Shown piece after piece: positions 1 through 16,236 of a DNA stretch of 64,000 bases. The DNA lies in NCBI GenBank assembly GCA_000004695.1, contig CM000152.2, positions 416,001 through 480,000 of the forward strand, read 5' to 3'. The notes under the pieces were generated by a model. The model saw nothing but the letters and a program-made list of their open reading frames with translations. It ran no database searches and was not told the origin of the DNA. Origin of the DNA: Dictyostelium discoideum. Its lineage: Eukaryota. Both the position numbers and the translations under genes were made by a program. Every line of letters begins with the position of its first letter. Position 1 is the first letter of the stretch.

Positions 1-547
1 TATTAAAATAACCCACAATTTTATATTATAAAAAAAGACAATCTTTTATGGATATTATTTCATTTTTTATTTTTTTTTTGGATTGTGGTATGAAATTGTA
101 AATTTAAAAAAAAAAAACTCAAAAACATAGTGTTATTAAACATTTATAATAAAAAGCTTATATTAAAGATGAGAATAATTAACCAATTAGTAATTGTTAT
201 TGGTATGTTTTTATTTTTTTTGATTTCTTTTTTTAACAAATCATACGAAAACTTTGTAAAATAACTTATACTTTGTTGATTAAATATACAAATGGAAAGA
301 AAGTAAATATAATTTTCTGAAAATAAATGAAGTATTTTTTACAAAAAATTAAATTAATTAAAAAAAAAAAAAATTAAATAAAAATTAAAAAATCGATATT
401 GGTATAAATAAAAAAGAATTTAATTTGGTAAAACTATTTTAATGTTTATTATATAAAATTTATTTATTTTTTTATTTTATTTTATAGACATATAAATTGG
501 ATTTTTCTTAAATAAAAAAAAAAAATAAAATAAACCATTAAAAAAAA

Positions 548-3500
548 ATGAAAGTTTTTTTATTAATATTATTGGTTTGTTTTATTTCTATTAATGTTGA
601 TGCATTTCATAATTATAGAGCCAATTGTGATTACACCTCTTGTCCTAGAGAATTTAGTTGCCATGTAATCAATAGAAATATCACTGCTTGTTTACCAGAT
701 AATGATATTTGTAGAAATTTTCCATGTCCACAGGGTAGTCATTGTTTCAATGGTGAAAGAGGTCCTGGTTGTTTTGATGATATCCATTATCCAAATTTAT
801 GCTATGTAACCCATTGTTCATTGGATTATGATTGTAGAATGGTTAGAGGTGATCCAATATGTTTAAGATTTCAAAATGTTAATCCAACTAATACTCCAAC
901 CCCCACCCCAGTTCATTGTACCACTTGTGCTGAACTAGCTTCTACTTGTCACTCTGATGGTTTAGTTTGTAGAACTATTGTTAATCCCAAGTGCCGTGGT
1001 AATTCAATAAAAGCTCTCGCCAAAACTAAAGCATGTTGTCCATATATTGCATTTTGTGATTCAAATTCAACCTCACACACAACTGGGGTACAAACAACAA
1101 CAGGAAGAAGTACGACTGGTGTACAATCAACAACTGGTAGGAGTACAACTGGTAGAAGTACAACTGGTAGAGGTACAACTGGTACAAGTACAACTGGTAC
1201 AAGTACAACTGGTACAAGCACAACTGGTAGAAGCACAACTGGTACAAGTACAACTGGTACAAGTACAACTGGTAGAAGTACAACTGGTACAAGTACAACT
1301 GGTACAAGTACAACTGGTACAAGTACAACTGGTACAAGCACAACTGGTACAAGTACAACTGGTACAAGCACAACTGGTACAAGTACAACTGGTACAAGTA
1401 CAACTGGTACAAGTACAACTGGTACAAGCACAACTGGTACAAGCACAACTGGTACAAGCACAACTGGTACAAGTACAACTGGTAGAAGCACAACTGGTAG
1501 AAGTACAACTGGTAGAAGTACAACTGGTAGAAGTACAACTGGTAGAAGTACAACTGGTAGAAGTACAACTGGTAGAAGTACAACTGGTAGAAGTACAACT
1601 GGTTCCGCTTCAACCACAGGAAGAGGTACAACTGGTTCTGCTTCAACCACAGGAAGAGGTACAACTGGTTCTGCTTCAACCACAGGAAGAGGTACAACTG
1701 GTGCTGCTTCAACCACAGGAAGAAGTACAACTGGTAGAGGTACAACTGGTAGAAGTACAACTGGTAGAAGTACAACTGGTTCCGCTTCAACCACAGGAAG
1801 AGGTACAACTGGTTCCGCTTCAACCACAGGAAGAAGTACAACTGGTTCCGCTTCAACCACTGGAAGAAGTACAACTGGTTCTGCTTCAACCACAGGAAGA
1901 GGTACAACTGGTTCTGCTTCAACTACAGGAAGAGGTACAACTGGTTCTGCTTCAACCACAGGAAGAGGTACAACTGGTTCTGCTTCAACCACAGGAAGAG
2001 GTACAACTGGTTCTGCTTCAACCACAGGAAGAAGTACAACTGGTGCTGCTTCAACCACAGGAAGAAGTACAACTGGTAGAGGCACAACTGGGGTACAATC
2101 AACAACTGGTGCTGCTTCAACCATAGGAAGAAGTACAACTGGTTCTGCTTCAACCACAGGAAGAGGTACAACTGGTGCTGCTTCAACCACAGGAAGAAGT
2201 ACAACTGGTGCTGCTTCAACCACAGGAAGAAGTACAACTGGTAGAGGTACAACTGGTGCTACTACTGCTAATTCAATAGGTGGTTTGACAACTGCTGGCG
2301 TCACAACAGTTGCTGGAGTAACTACTGCTACTGCCTCAACCGTTGCTGGAGTAACTACTGCCTCAACCGTTGCTGGTGTAACTACTAATTCAATAGGTGG
2401 TGTAACCACAGGAAGAGGTACAACTGGTGCTGCTTCAACTACAGGAAGAAGTACAACTGGTAGAGGTACAACTGGTGCTACTACTGCTAATTCAATAGGT
2501 GGTTTAACAACTGCTGGCGTCACAACAGTTGCTGGAGTAACTACTGCTACTGCCTCAACCGTTGCTGGAGTAACTACTGGTAGAGGTACAACTGGTTCTG
2601 CTTCAACCACAGGAAGAGGTACAACTGGTGCTGCCTCAACCGTTGCAGGAGTAACTACTGCTAATTCAATAGGTGGTATAACCACTGCTACTGCCTCAAC
2701 TGTTGCTGGAGTAACTACTGCTAATTCAATAGGTGGTTTGACTACTGCTGGCGTCACAACCGTTGCTGGAGTAACTACTGCCTCAACCGTTGCTGGAGTA
2801 ACTACTGCCTCAACCGTTGCTGGTGTAACTACTAATTCAATAGGTGGTGTAACCACAGGAAGAGGTACAACTGGTGCTACTACTGCTAATTCAATAGGTG
2901 GTGTAACCACAGGTAGAGGTACAACTGGTGCTACTACTGCTAATTCAATAGGTGGTTTAACAACTGCTGGCGTCACAACAGTTGCTGGAGTAACTACTGC
3001 TACTGCCTCAACCGTTGCTGGAGTAACTACTGCTACTGCCTCAACAGTTGCTGGAGTAACTACTGCTAATTCAATAGGTGGTTTGACAACTGCTGGCGTC
3101 ACAACAGTTGCTGGTGTCACTACTGTCAATTCAATAGGTGGTGCAACCACTGCCAATTCAATAGATGGTGCAACCACTGCCACTGCCTCAACCGTTGCAG
3201 GAGTAACTACTGCTAATTCAATAGGTGGTATAACCACTGCTACTGCCTCAACTGTTGCTGGAGTAACTACTGCTAATTCAATAGGTGGTGTAACCACAGG
3301 AAGAGGTACAACTGGTGCTGCTTCAACTACAGGAAGAAGTACAACTGGTAGAGGTACAACTGGTGCTACTACTGCTAATTCAATAGGTGGTTTAACAACT
3401 GCTGGCGTCACAACAGTTGCTGGAGTAACTACTGCTACTGCCTCAACCGTTGCTGGAGTAACTACTGCTAATTCAATAGGTGGTTTGACAACTGCTGGCG

Positions 3501-6500
3501 TCACAACAGTTGCTGGTGTCACTACTGTCAATTCAATAGGTGGTGCAACCACTGCCAATTCAATAGATGGTGCAACCACTGCCACTGCCTCAACCGTTGC
3601 AGGAGTAACTACTGCTAATTCAATAGGTGGTATAACCACTGCTACTGCCTCAACTGTTGCTGGAGTAACTACTGTCAATTCAATAGGTGTAACAACTGCT
3701 AGTTCAATAGGTGGTTTAACAACTGCTGGCGTCACAACCGTTGCTGGTGCCACTACTGCCAATTCAATAGGTGGTTTAACTACTGCTGGCATTACAACAG
3801 TTGCTGGTGCCACTACTGTCAATTCAATAGGTGGTTTGACAACTGCTGGCATCACAACAGTTGCTGGTGTCACTACTGCCAATTCAATAGATGGTGCAAC
3901 CACTGCCACTGCCTCTGCCTCAACCGTTGCAGGAGTAACTACTGCTAATTCAATAGGTGGTATAACCACTGCTACTGCCTCATCTGTTGCTGGAGTAACT
4001 ACTGCTTCAGTTGGAGGTTTGACAACTGCAGTTGCCTCTACAGTAGCTGGAGTAACTACTGCTGCTTCAATAGGTGGCGTAACCACTGCTACTGCCTCAA
4101 CCGTTGCTGGAGTAACTACTGCCTCAACCGTTGCTGGTGTAACTACTAATTCAATAGGTGGTGTAACCACTGCTACTGCCTCAACTGTTGCAGGTGTAAC
4201 TACTGCTGCTTCAATAGGTGGTTTAACTACTGCTGGTTTAACAACAGTTGCTGGATTTACCACTGCTGCCTCTGTTGGAGGTTTAACTACTGCTGGTGCT
4301 ACAACAGTTGCTGGTTCAACAACTTCCCCAGCATCAGTAGGTGACTTAACTACTGCTGGAGCAACAACAGTTGCTGGGGTTACCACTGCTGCTTCTGTTG
4401 GAGGTTTAACTACTGCTGGTGCTACAACAGTTGGAGGTTTAACTAATGCTAATTCAATAGGTGGTGTAACCACTGCTACTGCCTCAACGGTTGCTGGTGT
4501 AACTACTAATTCAATAGGTGGTGTAACCACTGCTACTGCCTCAACTGTTGCAGGTGTAACTACTGCTGCTTCAATAGGTGGTTTAACTACTGCTGGTTTA
4601 ACAACAGTTGCTGGAGTAACTACTGCTTCAGTTGGAGGTTTGACAACTGCAACTGCCTCTACAGTAGCTGGAGTAACTACTGCTGCTTCAATAGGAGGTT
4701 TAACTACTGCCGGCATTACAACAGTTGCTGGTTCAACAACAACAGTTGCTGGAGTCACCACTGCTGCTTCTGTTGGAGGTTTAACTACTGCTGGTGCTAC
4801 AACAGTTGCTGGAGTTACTACTGCTGCTTCTATTGGAGGTTTAACTACTGCTGGTGCTACAACAGTTGCCGGAGTTACTACTGCTGCTTCTATTGGAGGT
4901 TTAACTACTGCCAGTTTAACAACAGTTGCTGGTTCAACAACTTCCTCTTCATCAGTTGGTGGTTTAACTACTGCTGGAGCAACAACAGTTGCTGGAGTAA
5001 CTACTGCTGCTTCTGTTGGTGGTTTAACTACTGCTGGTATTACAACAGTTGCTGGAGTTACTACTGCTGCTTCTGTTGGAGGTTTAACTACTGCCGGTTT
5101 AACAACAGTTGCTGGTTCAACAACTTCCTCTTCATCAGTTGGTGGTTTAACTACTGCTGGAGCAACAACAGTTGCTGGAGTTACTACTGCTGGAGCAACA
5201 ACAGTTGCTGGAGTTACTACTGCTGCTTCTGTTGGAGGTTTAACTACTGCCGGTATTACAACAGTTTCTGGAGTAACTACTGCCAATTCAATAGGTGGCG
5301 CGAACACCGCTACCGCCGGTATAACTACTGCTGGAGCAACAACAGTTGCTGGAGTTACTACTGCTTCTGTTGGTGGTTTAACTACTGCCGGTATTACAAC
5401 AGTTGCTGGAGTAACTACTGCTGCTTCTGTTGGTGGTTTAACTACTGGTATTACAACAGTTGCTGGAGTTACTACTGCTGCTTCTGTTGGAGGTTTAACT
5501 ACTGCCGGTTTAACAACAGTTGCTGGTTCGACAACTTCATCTTCATCAATTGGAAGTTTGACTACGGCTGGTTTAACAACAGTTGCTGGAGTTACTACCG
5601 CTGCTTCTGTTGGAGGTTTGACAACTGCCGGTGTAACAACAGTTGCTGGCTCAACAACTTCCCCAGCATCAGTAGGTGGTTTAACTACTGCTACTGCCTC
5701 AACGGTCGCTGGAGTTACTACTGCCGCTTCAATAGGAGGTTTAACTACAGCTGGTATAACAACAATTGCTGGTTCAACAACTTCTGCTTCATCAGTGGGT
5801 GGTTTAACTACTGCTGGTTTAACAACAGTTGCTGGAGTTACTACTTCTGCTTCTGTTGGAGGTTTTACAACTGCCGGTATAACAACAGTTGCTGGTTCAA
5901 CAACTTCCCGAGCATCAGTAGGTGGTTTAACTACTGCTGGTGCTACAACAGTTGCTGGAGTTACTACTGCTGCTTCTGTAGGTGGTTTAACTACTTCTTC
6001 TTTGACAACAGTAGCTGGTGTCACTACTGGTACTGCTTCTGTTGGTGGTTTAACGACTGCTGGTGTAACTACCACCGCTGCTTCTGTTGGTGGTTTAACA
6101 ACTGCAGGTATTTCAACAATATCTGGTGTTACTACTGCCACAGCCTCAACGGTGGCAGGTATGACTACTGCCGCTGCTACATCAGGTGGTGTTTCAACTG
6201 CTACCGTATCATCAGGTGCCACAACTACTCAGGCATCAACACTATTTGGAATAACAACTGCTGCTTCTGTAGGCGCTTTAACAACAGCAGGTATGACAAC
6301 AGTCGCTGGTTTTACTACTGCTGCTTTTGTAGGTGGTTTAACAACTGCTGGTTTAACAACTGCTGGTGTAACTACTACCGCTGCTTCTGTTGGTGGTTTA
6401 ACAACTGCTGGTGTAACAACTACTGCTGCTTCTGTTGGTGGTTTAACAACTGCTGGTGTGACTACTACCGCTGCTTCTGTTGGTGGCTTAACAACTGCTG

Positions 6501-6805
6501 GTGTAACTACTACCGCTACTTCATCAGGTAGTGTTTCAACTGCTACCGTATCATCAGGTGCCACAACTACTCATGCTTCAACACTATTTGGAATAACAAC
6601 TGCTGCTTCAATAGGTGCTTTAACAACTGCAGGTATGACAACAGTAGCTGGTGTTACTACTGCTGCTTCTGTAGGTGGTTTAACAACTGCTGGTCTATCA
6701 ACAGTATCTGGTGTAACTACTTCTGCTTCTGTGGGTTCTTTAACAACTGCTGGTTCAACAACTCGTTCTGGTTCAACAACTCGTTCTGGTATAATAGGTG
6801 GTTAA
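548..6805 (+). CDS. Secreted cysteine-rich / Thr-Gly-rich mucin-like repeat protein (2085 aa, single exon)
   Basis: Continuous ORF with an ATG in AT-rich context. N-terminal signal peptide MKVFLLILLVCFISINVDA. About 170-aa Cys-rich domain (many CxxC / C-P pairs). Then ~1900 aa of hierarchical tandem repeats: STTG[RT] 5-aa units, then GTTGSASTTGR 11-aa units, then degenerate TTAGVTTVAGVTTA(N/A)SIGG units. Codon usage (ACT/ACA, GGT, GCT) fits the + strand only. Predicted to be heavily O-glycosylated and extracellular. Confidence 0.8.
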   Translation: MKVFLLILLVCFISINVDAFHNYRANCDYTSCPREFSCHVINRNITACLPDNDICRNFPCPQGSHCFNGERGPGCFDDIHYPNLCYVTHCSLDYDCRMVRGDPICLRFQNVNPTNTPTPTPVHCTTCAELASTCHSDGLVCRTIVNPKCRGNSIKALAKTKACCPYIAFCDSNSTSHTTGVQTTTGRSTTGVQSTTGRSTTGRSTTGRGTTGTSTTGTSTTGTSTTGRSTTGTSTTGTSTTGRSTTGTSTTGTSTTGTSTTGTSTTGTSTTGTSTTGTSTTGTSTTGTSTTGTSTTGTSTTGTSTTGTSTTGRSTTGRSTTGRSTTGRSTTGRSTTGRSTTGRSTTGRSTTGSASTTGRGTTGSASTTGRGTTGSASTTGRGTTGAASTTGRSTTGRGTTGRSTTGRSTTGSASTTGRGTTGSASTTGRSTTGSASTTGRSTTGSASTTGRGTTGSASTTGRGTTGSASTTGRGTTGSASTTGRGTTGSASTTGRSTTGAASTTGRSTTGRGTTGVQSTTGAASTIGRSTTGSASTTGRGTTGAASTTGRSTTGAASTTGRSTTGRGTTGATTANSIGGLTTAGVTTVAGVTTATASTVAGVTTASTVAGVTTNSIGGVTTGRGTTGAASTTGRSTTGRGTTGATTANSIGGLTTAGVTTVAGVTTATASTVAGVTTGRGTTGSASTTGRGTTGAASTVAGVTTANSIGGITTATASTVAGVTTANSIGGLTTAGVTTVAGVTTASTVAGVTTASTVAGVTTNSIGGVTTGRGTTGATTANSIGGVTTGRGTTGATTANSIGGLTTAGVTTVAGVTTATASTVAGVTTATASTVAGVTTANSIGGLTTAGVTTVAGVTTVNSIGGATTANSIDGATTATASTVAGVTTANSIGGITTATASTVAGVTTANSIGGVTTGRGTTGAASTTGRSTTGRGTTGATTANSIGGLTTAGVTTVAGVTTATASTVAGVTTANSIGGLTTAGVTTVAGVTTVNSIGGATTANSIDGATTATASTVAGVTTANSIGGITTATASTVAGVTTVNSIGVTTASSIGGLTTAGVTTVAGATTANSIGGLTTAGITTVAGATTVNSIGGLTTAGITTVAGVTTANSIDGATTATASASTVAGVTTANSIGGITTATASSVAGVTTASVGGLTTAVASTVAGVTTAASIGGVTTATASTVAGVTTASTVAGVTTNSIGGVTTATASTVAGVTTAASIGGLTTAGLTTVAGFTTAASVGGLTTAGATTVAGSTTSPASVGDLTTAGATTVAGVTTAASVGGLTTAGATTVGGLTNANSIGGVTTATASTVAGVTTNSIGGVTTATASTVAGVTTAASIGGLTTAGLTTVAGVTTASVGGLTTATASTVAGVTTAASIGGLTTAGITTVAGSTTTVAGVTTAASVGGLTTAGATTVAGVTTAASIGGLTTAGATTVAGVTTAASIGGLTTASLTTVAGSTTSSSSVGGLTTAGATTVAGVTTAASVGGLTTAGITTVAGVTTAASVGGLTTAGLTTVAGSTTSSSSVGGLTTAGATTVAGVTTAGATTVAGVTTAASVGGLTTAGITTVSGVTTANSIGGANTATAGITTAGATTVAGVTTASVGGLTTAGITTVAGVTTAASVGGLTTGITTVAGVTTAASVGGLTTAGLTTVAGSTTSSSSIGSLTTAGLTTVAGVTTAASVGGLTTAGVTTVAGSTTSPASVGGLTTATASTVAGVTTAASIGGLTTAGITTIAGSTTSASSVGGLTTAGLTTVAGVTTSASVGGFTTAGITTVAGSTTSRASVGGLTTAGATTVAGVTTAASVGGLTTSSLTTVAGVTTGTASVGGLTTAGVTTTAASVGGLTTAGISTISGVTTATASTVAGMTTAAATSGGVSTATVSSGATTTQASTLFGITTAASVGALTTAGMTTVAGFTTAAFVGGLTTAGLTTAGVTTTAASVGGLTTAGVTTTAASVGGLTTAGVTTTAASVGGLTTAGVTTTATSSGSVSTATVSSGATTTHASTLFGITTAASIGALTTAGMTTVAGVTTAASVGGLTTAGLSTVSGVTTSASVGSLTTAGSTTRSGSTTRSGIIGG
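1087..6790 (+). repeat. Coding tandem-repeat array (15-nt, 33-nt and ~66-nt units) inside the mucin-like gene
   Basis: Visible periodicity agtacaactggta[gc]a (x~35), then ggttc[ct]gcttcaaccacaggaagaggtacaact units, then degenerate gttgctggagtaactactgct units. These generate the spurious long ORFs on both strands. Confidence 0.9.
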
Positions 6806-7107
6806 ACTTGCTATTAAATATATCTTTTAATTAATAAAAATCCTTTGATATTTACAACTATTTTAAATTTAAAACATCTTTGAATTAATATATATATATA
6901 TCTTAAATTAATAAAAATCCTTACTATTTGATATTTACCACTATTTTAAAGATGTTTTAATTTCTTTGGATTTCACATGTGGATCTGAAATTTTGTTAAC
7001 GAGATAACCAAATTAAACACACTGACCAAATATCTTCGATTTCATATTGATTTTTGGTGATATGGATTTTGAAGATTGAAGTGTTGATGTATATAATTTG
7101 GGTGAAG

Positions 7108-7273
7108 AATTTAATTTTGTTGGAGATTTATATAACAATAAACATTATAATTTTAGAATAATAATAATAAAAATATAATACAAGTGAAAATATACCAATT
7201 CAAGTCTTATTGGTTTTAATTATTTTAAAATTATAATAATTTATTGTTATATAAATCTCCGACAAAATTAAAT
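7108..7273. repeat. Imperfect ~55-bp inverted repeat pair (arms 7108-7160 and 7221-7273, 60-bp spacer). MITE-like or foldback structure.
   Basis: Left arm aatttaattttgttggagatttatataacaataaacattataattttagaata. Its reverse complement occurs at 7221-7273 (aatttaattttgtcggagatttatataacaataaattattataattttaaaata) with 3 mismatches. Confidence 0.6.
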
Positions 7274-7630
7274 TCTGATTCATCACAAAAGAATAAACTT
7301 CTACCACGTGGTTATTGTTGATTTACTTGATGATTATTTCTTTGATTATCAAATACTAATTGACATTGTTATTTATATTGTAAATTATGATGATCTAAAC
7401 TATACCTTAGAGAAACGAATCGATTCGTAAATTAAATGTTTAATTTGGTAGAAAAAAAAAAAAAAAAAATGGAAATGGAAAATCAAAAAAAAATAAAAAT
7501 TGTGCAGATTGGAATGACCCAATTAAATAAAAAAAAGTAAAAAAAAATAAAAAAAATAAAAAAATTGAAACAGCACTTTTTTTTTAATTTCATTTATTTT
7601 ATTTTAAATTTTATTATTATTTAATAAACA

Positions 7631-7635
7631 AATAA

Positions 7636-7733
<98 letters not shown>
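7631..7733. repeat. (AAAT)n microsatellite, about 26 units, ending 3 nt before the ints11 ATG
   Basis: Direct reading: aaataaataaataaat... from 7631 to 7733 followed by aaaaATGaca. Confidence 0.95.
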
Positions 7734-7734
<1 letters not shown>

Positions 7735-7736
7735 AA

Positions 7737-10046
<2,310 letters not shown>

Positions 10047-10270
10047 AATTGAAATTTATAATAAAAAACTTTTTTTTTTTTTTTTTGTTTTCTCAATTTA
10101 AATTAACCCATAACAAAATCACAATCGGTTTTTTCAATTTTTGCGCTTAAAATTCAAATATTGGTGCACTTTTTTTTTTTTTTTTTTTTTTTTTCATTTA
10201 CACTCGTTTTATTATATTACACACAAATTCATAAAATAATAAAAAAAAAAAAAAAATAAAAATAATAAAA

Positions 10271-11288
10271 ATGACAACCCCAATTTTAAATTCTTCAGTA
10301 CCTGGTAATATACAAAAAAAATCATTAGAAGGGACACATATTGCAATTAGTGGTTTAGTAAGTAATGTACAAAAAAAAATAAAAAATAAAAAATAAAAAA
10401 TTATTACTATTATTAACTTTTTTATTTTTAAAATTTAGATTGGTGCAGGTAAAACTACATTAGCTGTAGCATTGGGAAAAGTTTTAAATTTACCAACATA
10501 TGTATGTTAAAATAATAATAGAAAAAAAAAATAAATAAAAAAAAAAAAGTTGTAAATGTATATTAACTTTTTTTTTTTTTATTTTTTTTTTTAGTTTGAA
10601 GAAGTTATTGACAATTTATATTTACAAGATTTTTATAAAGATCCTAAAAAATATGGTTTTCAACTTCAAATATATTTATTAAATTCAAGATTTCAACAAG
10701 TAAGTAATAAAAAAAATAAAAAATAAAAAAAAACAAAATAAAAAAAAAACACACACTCATATTTATTTTTTTATTTTTTATTTTTTATTTTTTTTAAAAA
10801 AATAGCAACAACAAATTATTTGGCAAGCTAGAGGTGGTGTGCAAGATAGAACCATTTATGAGGATTCAGTGTTTGCAAAGATGTTAAATGAGAGTGGACT
10901 TTTGGATGACAGAGATTATAATACCTATTGTAAATTATTTCAAAATTTAAGTAACTTTATGAGAAGACCAGATTTAATTATACATTTAGATGTTTCACCT
11001 GAAAAAAGTTTAGAAAGAATTAAATTAAGAAATAGAGATTGTGAAAAGGATGTTTCACTAGAGTACCTTCAAAATTTATATAACGCATATCACGAGTTCT
11101 TGCAAGACATCTCTCGTTACATTCCAGTAATTCGTATCAATTGGAGTGAATTTGTTGACCCTGAACAATTGGCTCAAATGATTAAAGCTGAATATGAATC
11201 AATGAGATTTATGAATCAAATTAATCCTCCAACTTTTGGTAATGGTCCAACCACTAATAAAATTATATCAACTCCAAAAGATTTATAA
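10271..11288 (+). CDS. Deoxynucleoside kinase (dCK/dGK/dAK family). Exons 10271..10357, 10439..10501, 10595..10699, 10806..11288.
   Basis: P-loop ISGL|IGAGKTTLA split by intron 1. ERS-like motif DRTIYEDSVFA. Lid/arginine-rich RIKLRNRDCEKDVSLEYL. Three short AT-rich introns with GTAAGT/GTATGT donors and AG acceptors keep the frame. Dictyostelium is known to have bacterial-like dAK/dGK and a dCK. Which one this is cannot be decided without a search. Confidence 0.8.
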
Positions 11289-11698
11289 AAAAAATAAAAA
11301 AAAAAAAAAAAAAAAAAAAAAATTATTATAATATTAAATAATATATATTAAATTAAATTTAATTATTTTAATTAATTAATTTATTTTTATAATAATAATG
11401 ATAATAATAATAGTAATAAAATAAAAATAAAAAAAATGAAATTTACTAAATTTTGTAGTTTTTGGATTTTATTATAACACACACACTAAATATTATTTTA
11501 TTTTTTATTTTTATTTATTTTTTTTATTTTTGTTTTATTTTTTTTTTATTTTTGTTTTATTTTTTTTTATTTTTGTGTTATTTTTTATTTTTTATTTTTT
11601 ATTTTTTTATTTTTTTTTACTTTTGTTTTTCAAAGTTATAACCAGTTTTTTTTTTTTTTTGTCGTTTCATTTAATTTATTTTTTCATTTAAAATTTAA

Positions 11699-11763
<65 letters not shown>

Positions 11764-11973
11764 TATAAATATAACCAACACCTCGCACATAAATAAAAAA
11801 ACTAAAAAAACTTAAAAACTAAAAAACTAAAAAACTAAAAAACTAAAAAAAAAAAAACTAAAAAAAAACTTAAAAAAATAAGACAAGGAAACATTAAACA
11901 TTAAACATTAAACATAAAGAAAAAGATATATATAGAGAGATAGATAATATTATAAATCAAATTATTGGTCTAA

Positions 11974-14638
<2,665 letters not shown>

Positions 14639-14728
14639 TAAATAATAAAAAAAAAAAAAAACTATATAATTTTTTTTTTTTTTTTTTTTTTCAATTTATA
14701 TGATTTTATTTGATTGTGTATAATTTTA

Positions 14729-15733
14729 TTAGTTAAATTTTATTTGGTTTTTATTTCCACCTAATAATCCACTTGGTAAACCAGTACCAAATGGAAAATT
14801 ACTACCGCCACTACCACTGGTAATACTTGATGGGAAACCAGTACTACTACTACTAGAGCTAGAGCTAGAGAATGAATTACCACTTGATGAGACAACAGTT
14901 GAGGATGGACCTGATGTTGTTATGGTTGTGGTTTGTTTTGATGTTGTAGTTGATGATGTGGTTGATGGAGTTGATGAGATTTGTAAATTCTTGTCACTAC
15001 CACTAGTGATACTAAATGGGAAACCAGTACTAATATCACTACTGCTACTACTAGAGCTAGAGCTAGAGAATGAATTACCACTTGATGAGACAACAGTTGA
15101 GGATGGACCTGATGTTGTTATGGTTGTTGTTTGTTTTGATGTTGTAGTTGATGATGATGATGATGTGGTTGATGGAGTTGATGAGATTTGTAAATTCTTA
15201 TCACTACCACTAGTGATACTAAATGGGAAACCAGTACTAATACCACCACTGCTACTACTACCAGAGGTAGAGAATGTATTACCACCTGATGAGACAACAG
15301 TTGAGGATGGACCTGATGTTGTTATGGTTGTTGTTTGTTTTGATGTTGTAGTTGATGATGATGAAAATTGTAAATTCATATCAATTCCATATTGACTACA
15401 ATAAACAACTGAACCTTCAGCATATTCACCACCTGGTACACATTCAAACCAAATGGTTTTCTTACTGAAAACCCCTTTACAATTATTATTGTTAAAAACT
15501 CTACTCTCATAATTGTTTGTAAACTTTTCAACTGTTTTAATTGATTTATAAGTTCCACAATTTTCAATCAATGTACATTCTCCAATTGTTGTTGTGATAT
15601 TGTTACTGCTACCAACTCCATTTGGACATTTTGTAAATGTAATATAAAATTCCAATTCATTTTGTTGTGAAAAAACAACAATAGTATAAATTAATACAAA
15701 AAGTGTAATTATTAATGATTTTAATGATGTCAT
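14729..15733 (-). CDS. Secreted Ser/Thr-rich protein with three ~60-aa tandem repeats (334 aa)
   Basis: ORF with signal peptide MTSLKSLIITLFVLIYTIVVFS. Cys-containing N-terminal domain. Three repeats of TTTSKQTTTITTSGPSSTVVSS..GFPFSITSGSDKNLQISSTPSTTSS. ATG preceded by pure A/T. Confidence 0.7.
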   Translation of the reverse strand: MTSLKSLIITLFVLIYTIVVFSQQNELEFYITFTKCPNGVGSSNNITTTIGECTLIENCGTYKSIKTVEKFTNNYESRVFNNNNCKGVFSKKTIWFECVPGGEYAEGSVVYCSQYGIDMNLQFSSSSTTTSKQTTTITTSGPSSTVVSSGGNTFSTSGSSSSGGISTGFPFSITSGSDKNLQISSTPSTTSSSSSTTTSKQTTTITTSGPSSTVVSSSGNSFSSSSSSSSSSDISTGFPFSITSGSDKNLQISSTPSTTSSTTTSKQTTTITTSGPSSTVVSSSGNSFSSSSSSSSSTGFPSSITSGSGGSNFPFGTGLPSGLLGGNKNQIKFN

Positions 15734-15913
15734 TTTAGTTTAGTTGTATTTAAAAATAAATAAAAATAAAAATAAATTATCAAAAAAAAAAAAAATGAAA
15801 ATTATAAAAAAAAAATATTAAACAGAAGCGGATTTTTTCGAAAACTGGTATCGAAAAAAAAAAAAAAAAACATTCTTTAGAAAAAAACCAAAACGTGAAA
15901 AAATGGGTTTGGG

Positions 15914-15952
<39 letters not shown>

Positions 15953-16236
15953 AAGAATTAAAAAAAAAATATTATCATTCTTTATTAATAATAAAAATAA
16001 AATAAAAAAACCCTAATTCTAATATTTATTGAAAAAAAAATAAAGTAAAAAATAAAAATAAATTATATTAAAAAAAATGTTTTTATTAATAGAAATAAAA
16101 TAAAAATAAAAATAAAAAAAAAAAATTTAAATCGGATGTGTTTTCATTTTTTTAATATTTTCGTTTTTACATTTTTTTTTAATTTTCATTTTCATTTTAT
16201 TTTTTAAAAAATAATTTTCATTGTGGTAAAAAGAAA

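Noticed and set aside
949-6222. 1757-aa minus-strand ORF (PVV/LLPVV repeats) plus ORFs 1026..1922(-), 1047..2126(+), 1923..2252(-), 6229..6564(-)
   Set aside because: These are antisense or out-of-frame readings of the Thr/Gly repeat array of the mucin-like gene. They have no signal peptide or start context, and their composition is merely the complement of ACT/GGT/GCT codons.
1087-6790. Possible CRISPR-like array, because of many regularly spaced repeats
   Set aside because: The repeats are contiguous (no unique spacers) and lie in-frame in a eukaryotic ORF. There are no cas genes. The genome is eukaryotic.
10105-10200. DUSE-like CCCATAA box between ints11 and the dNK gene as a possible ncRNA promoter
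   Set aside because: A poly-T run follows within ~70 nt, leaving no room for a structured RNA. It more likely belongs to the 3' UTR or promoter.
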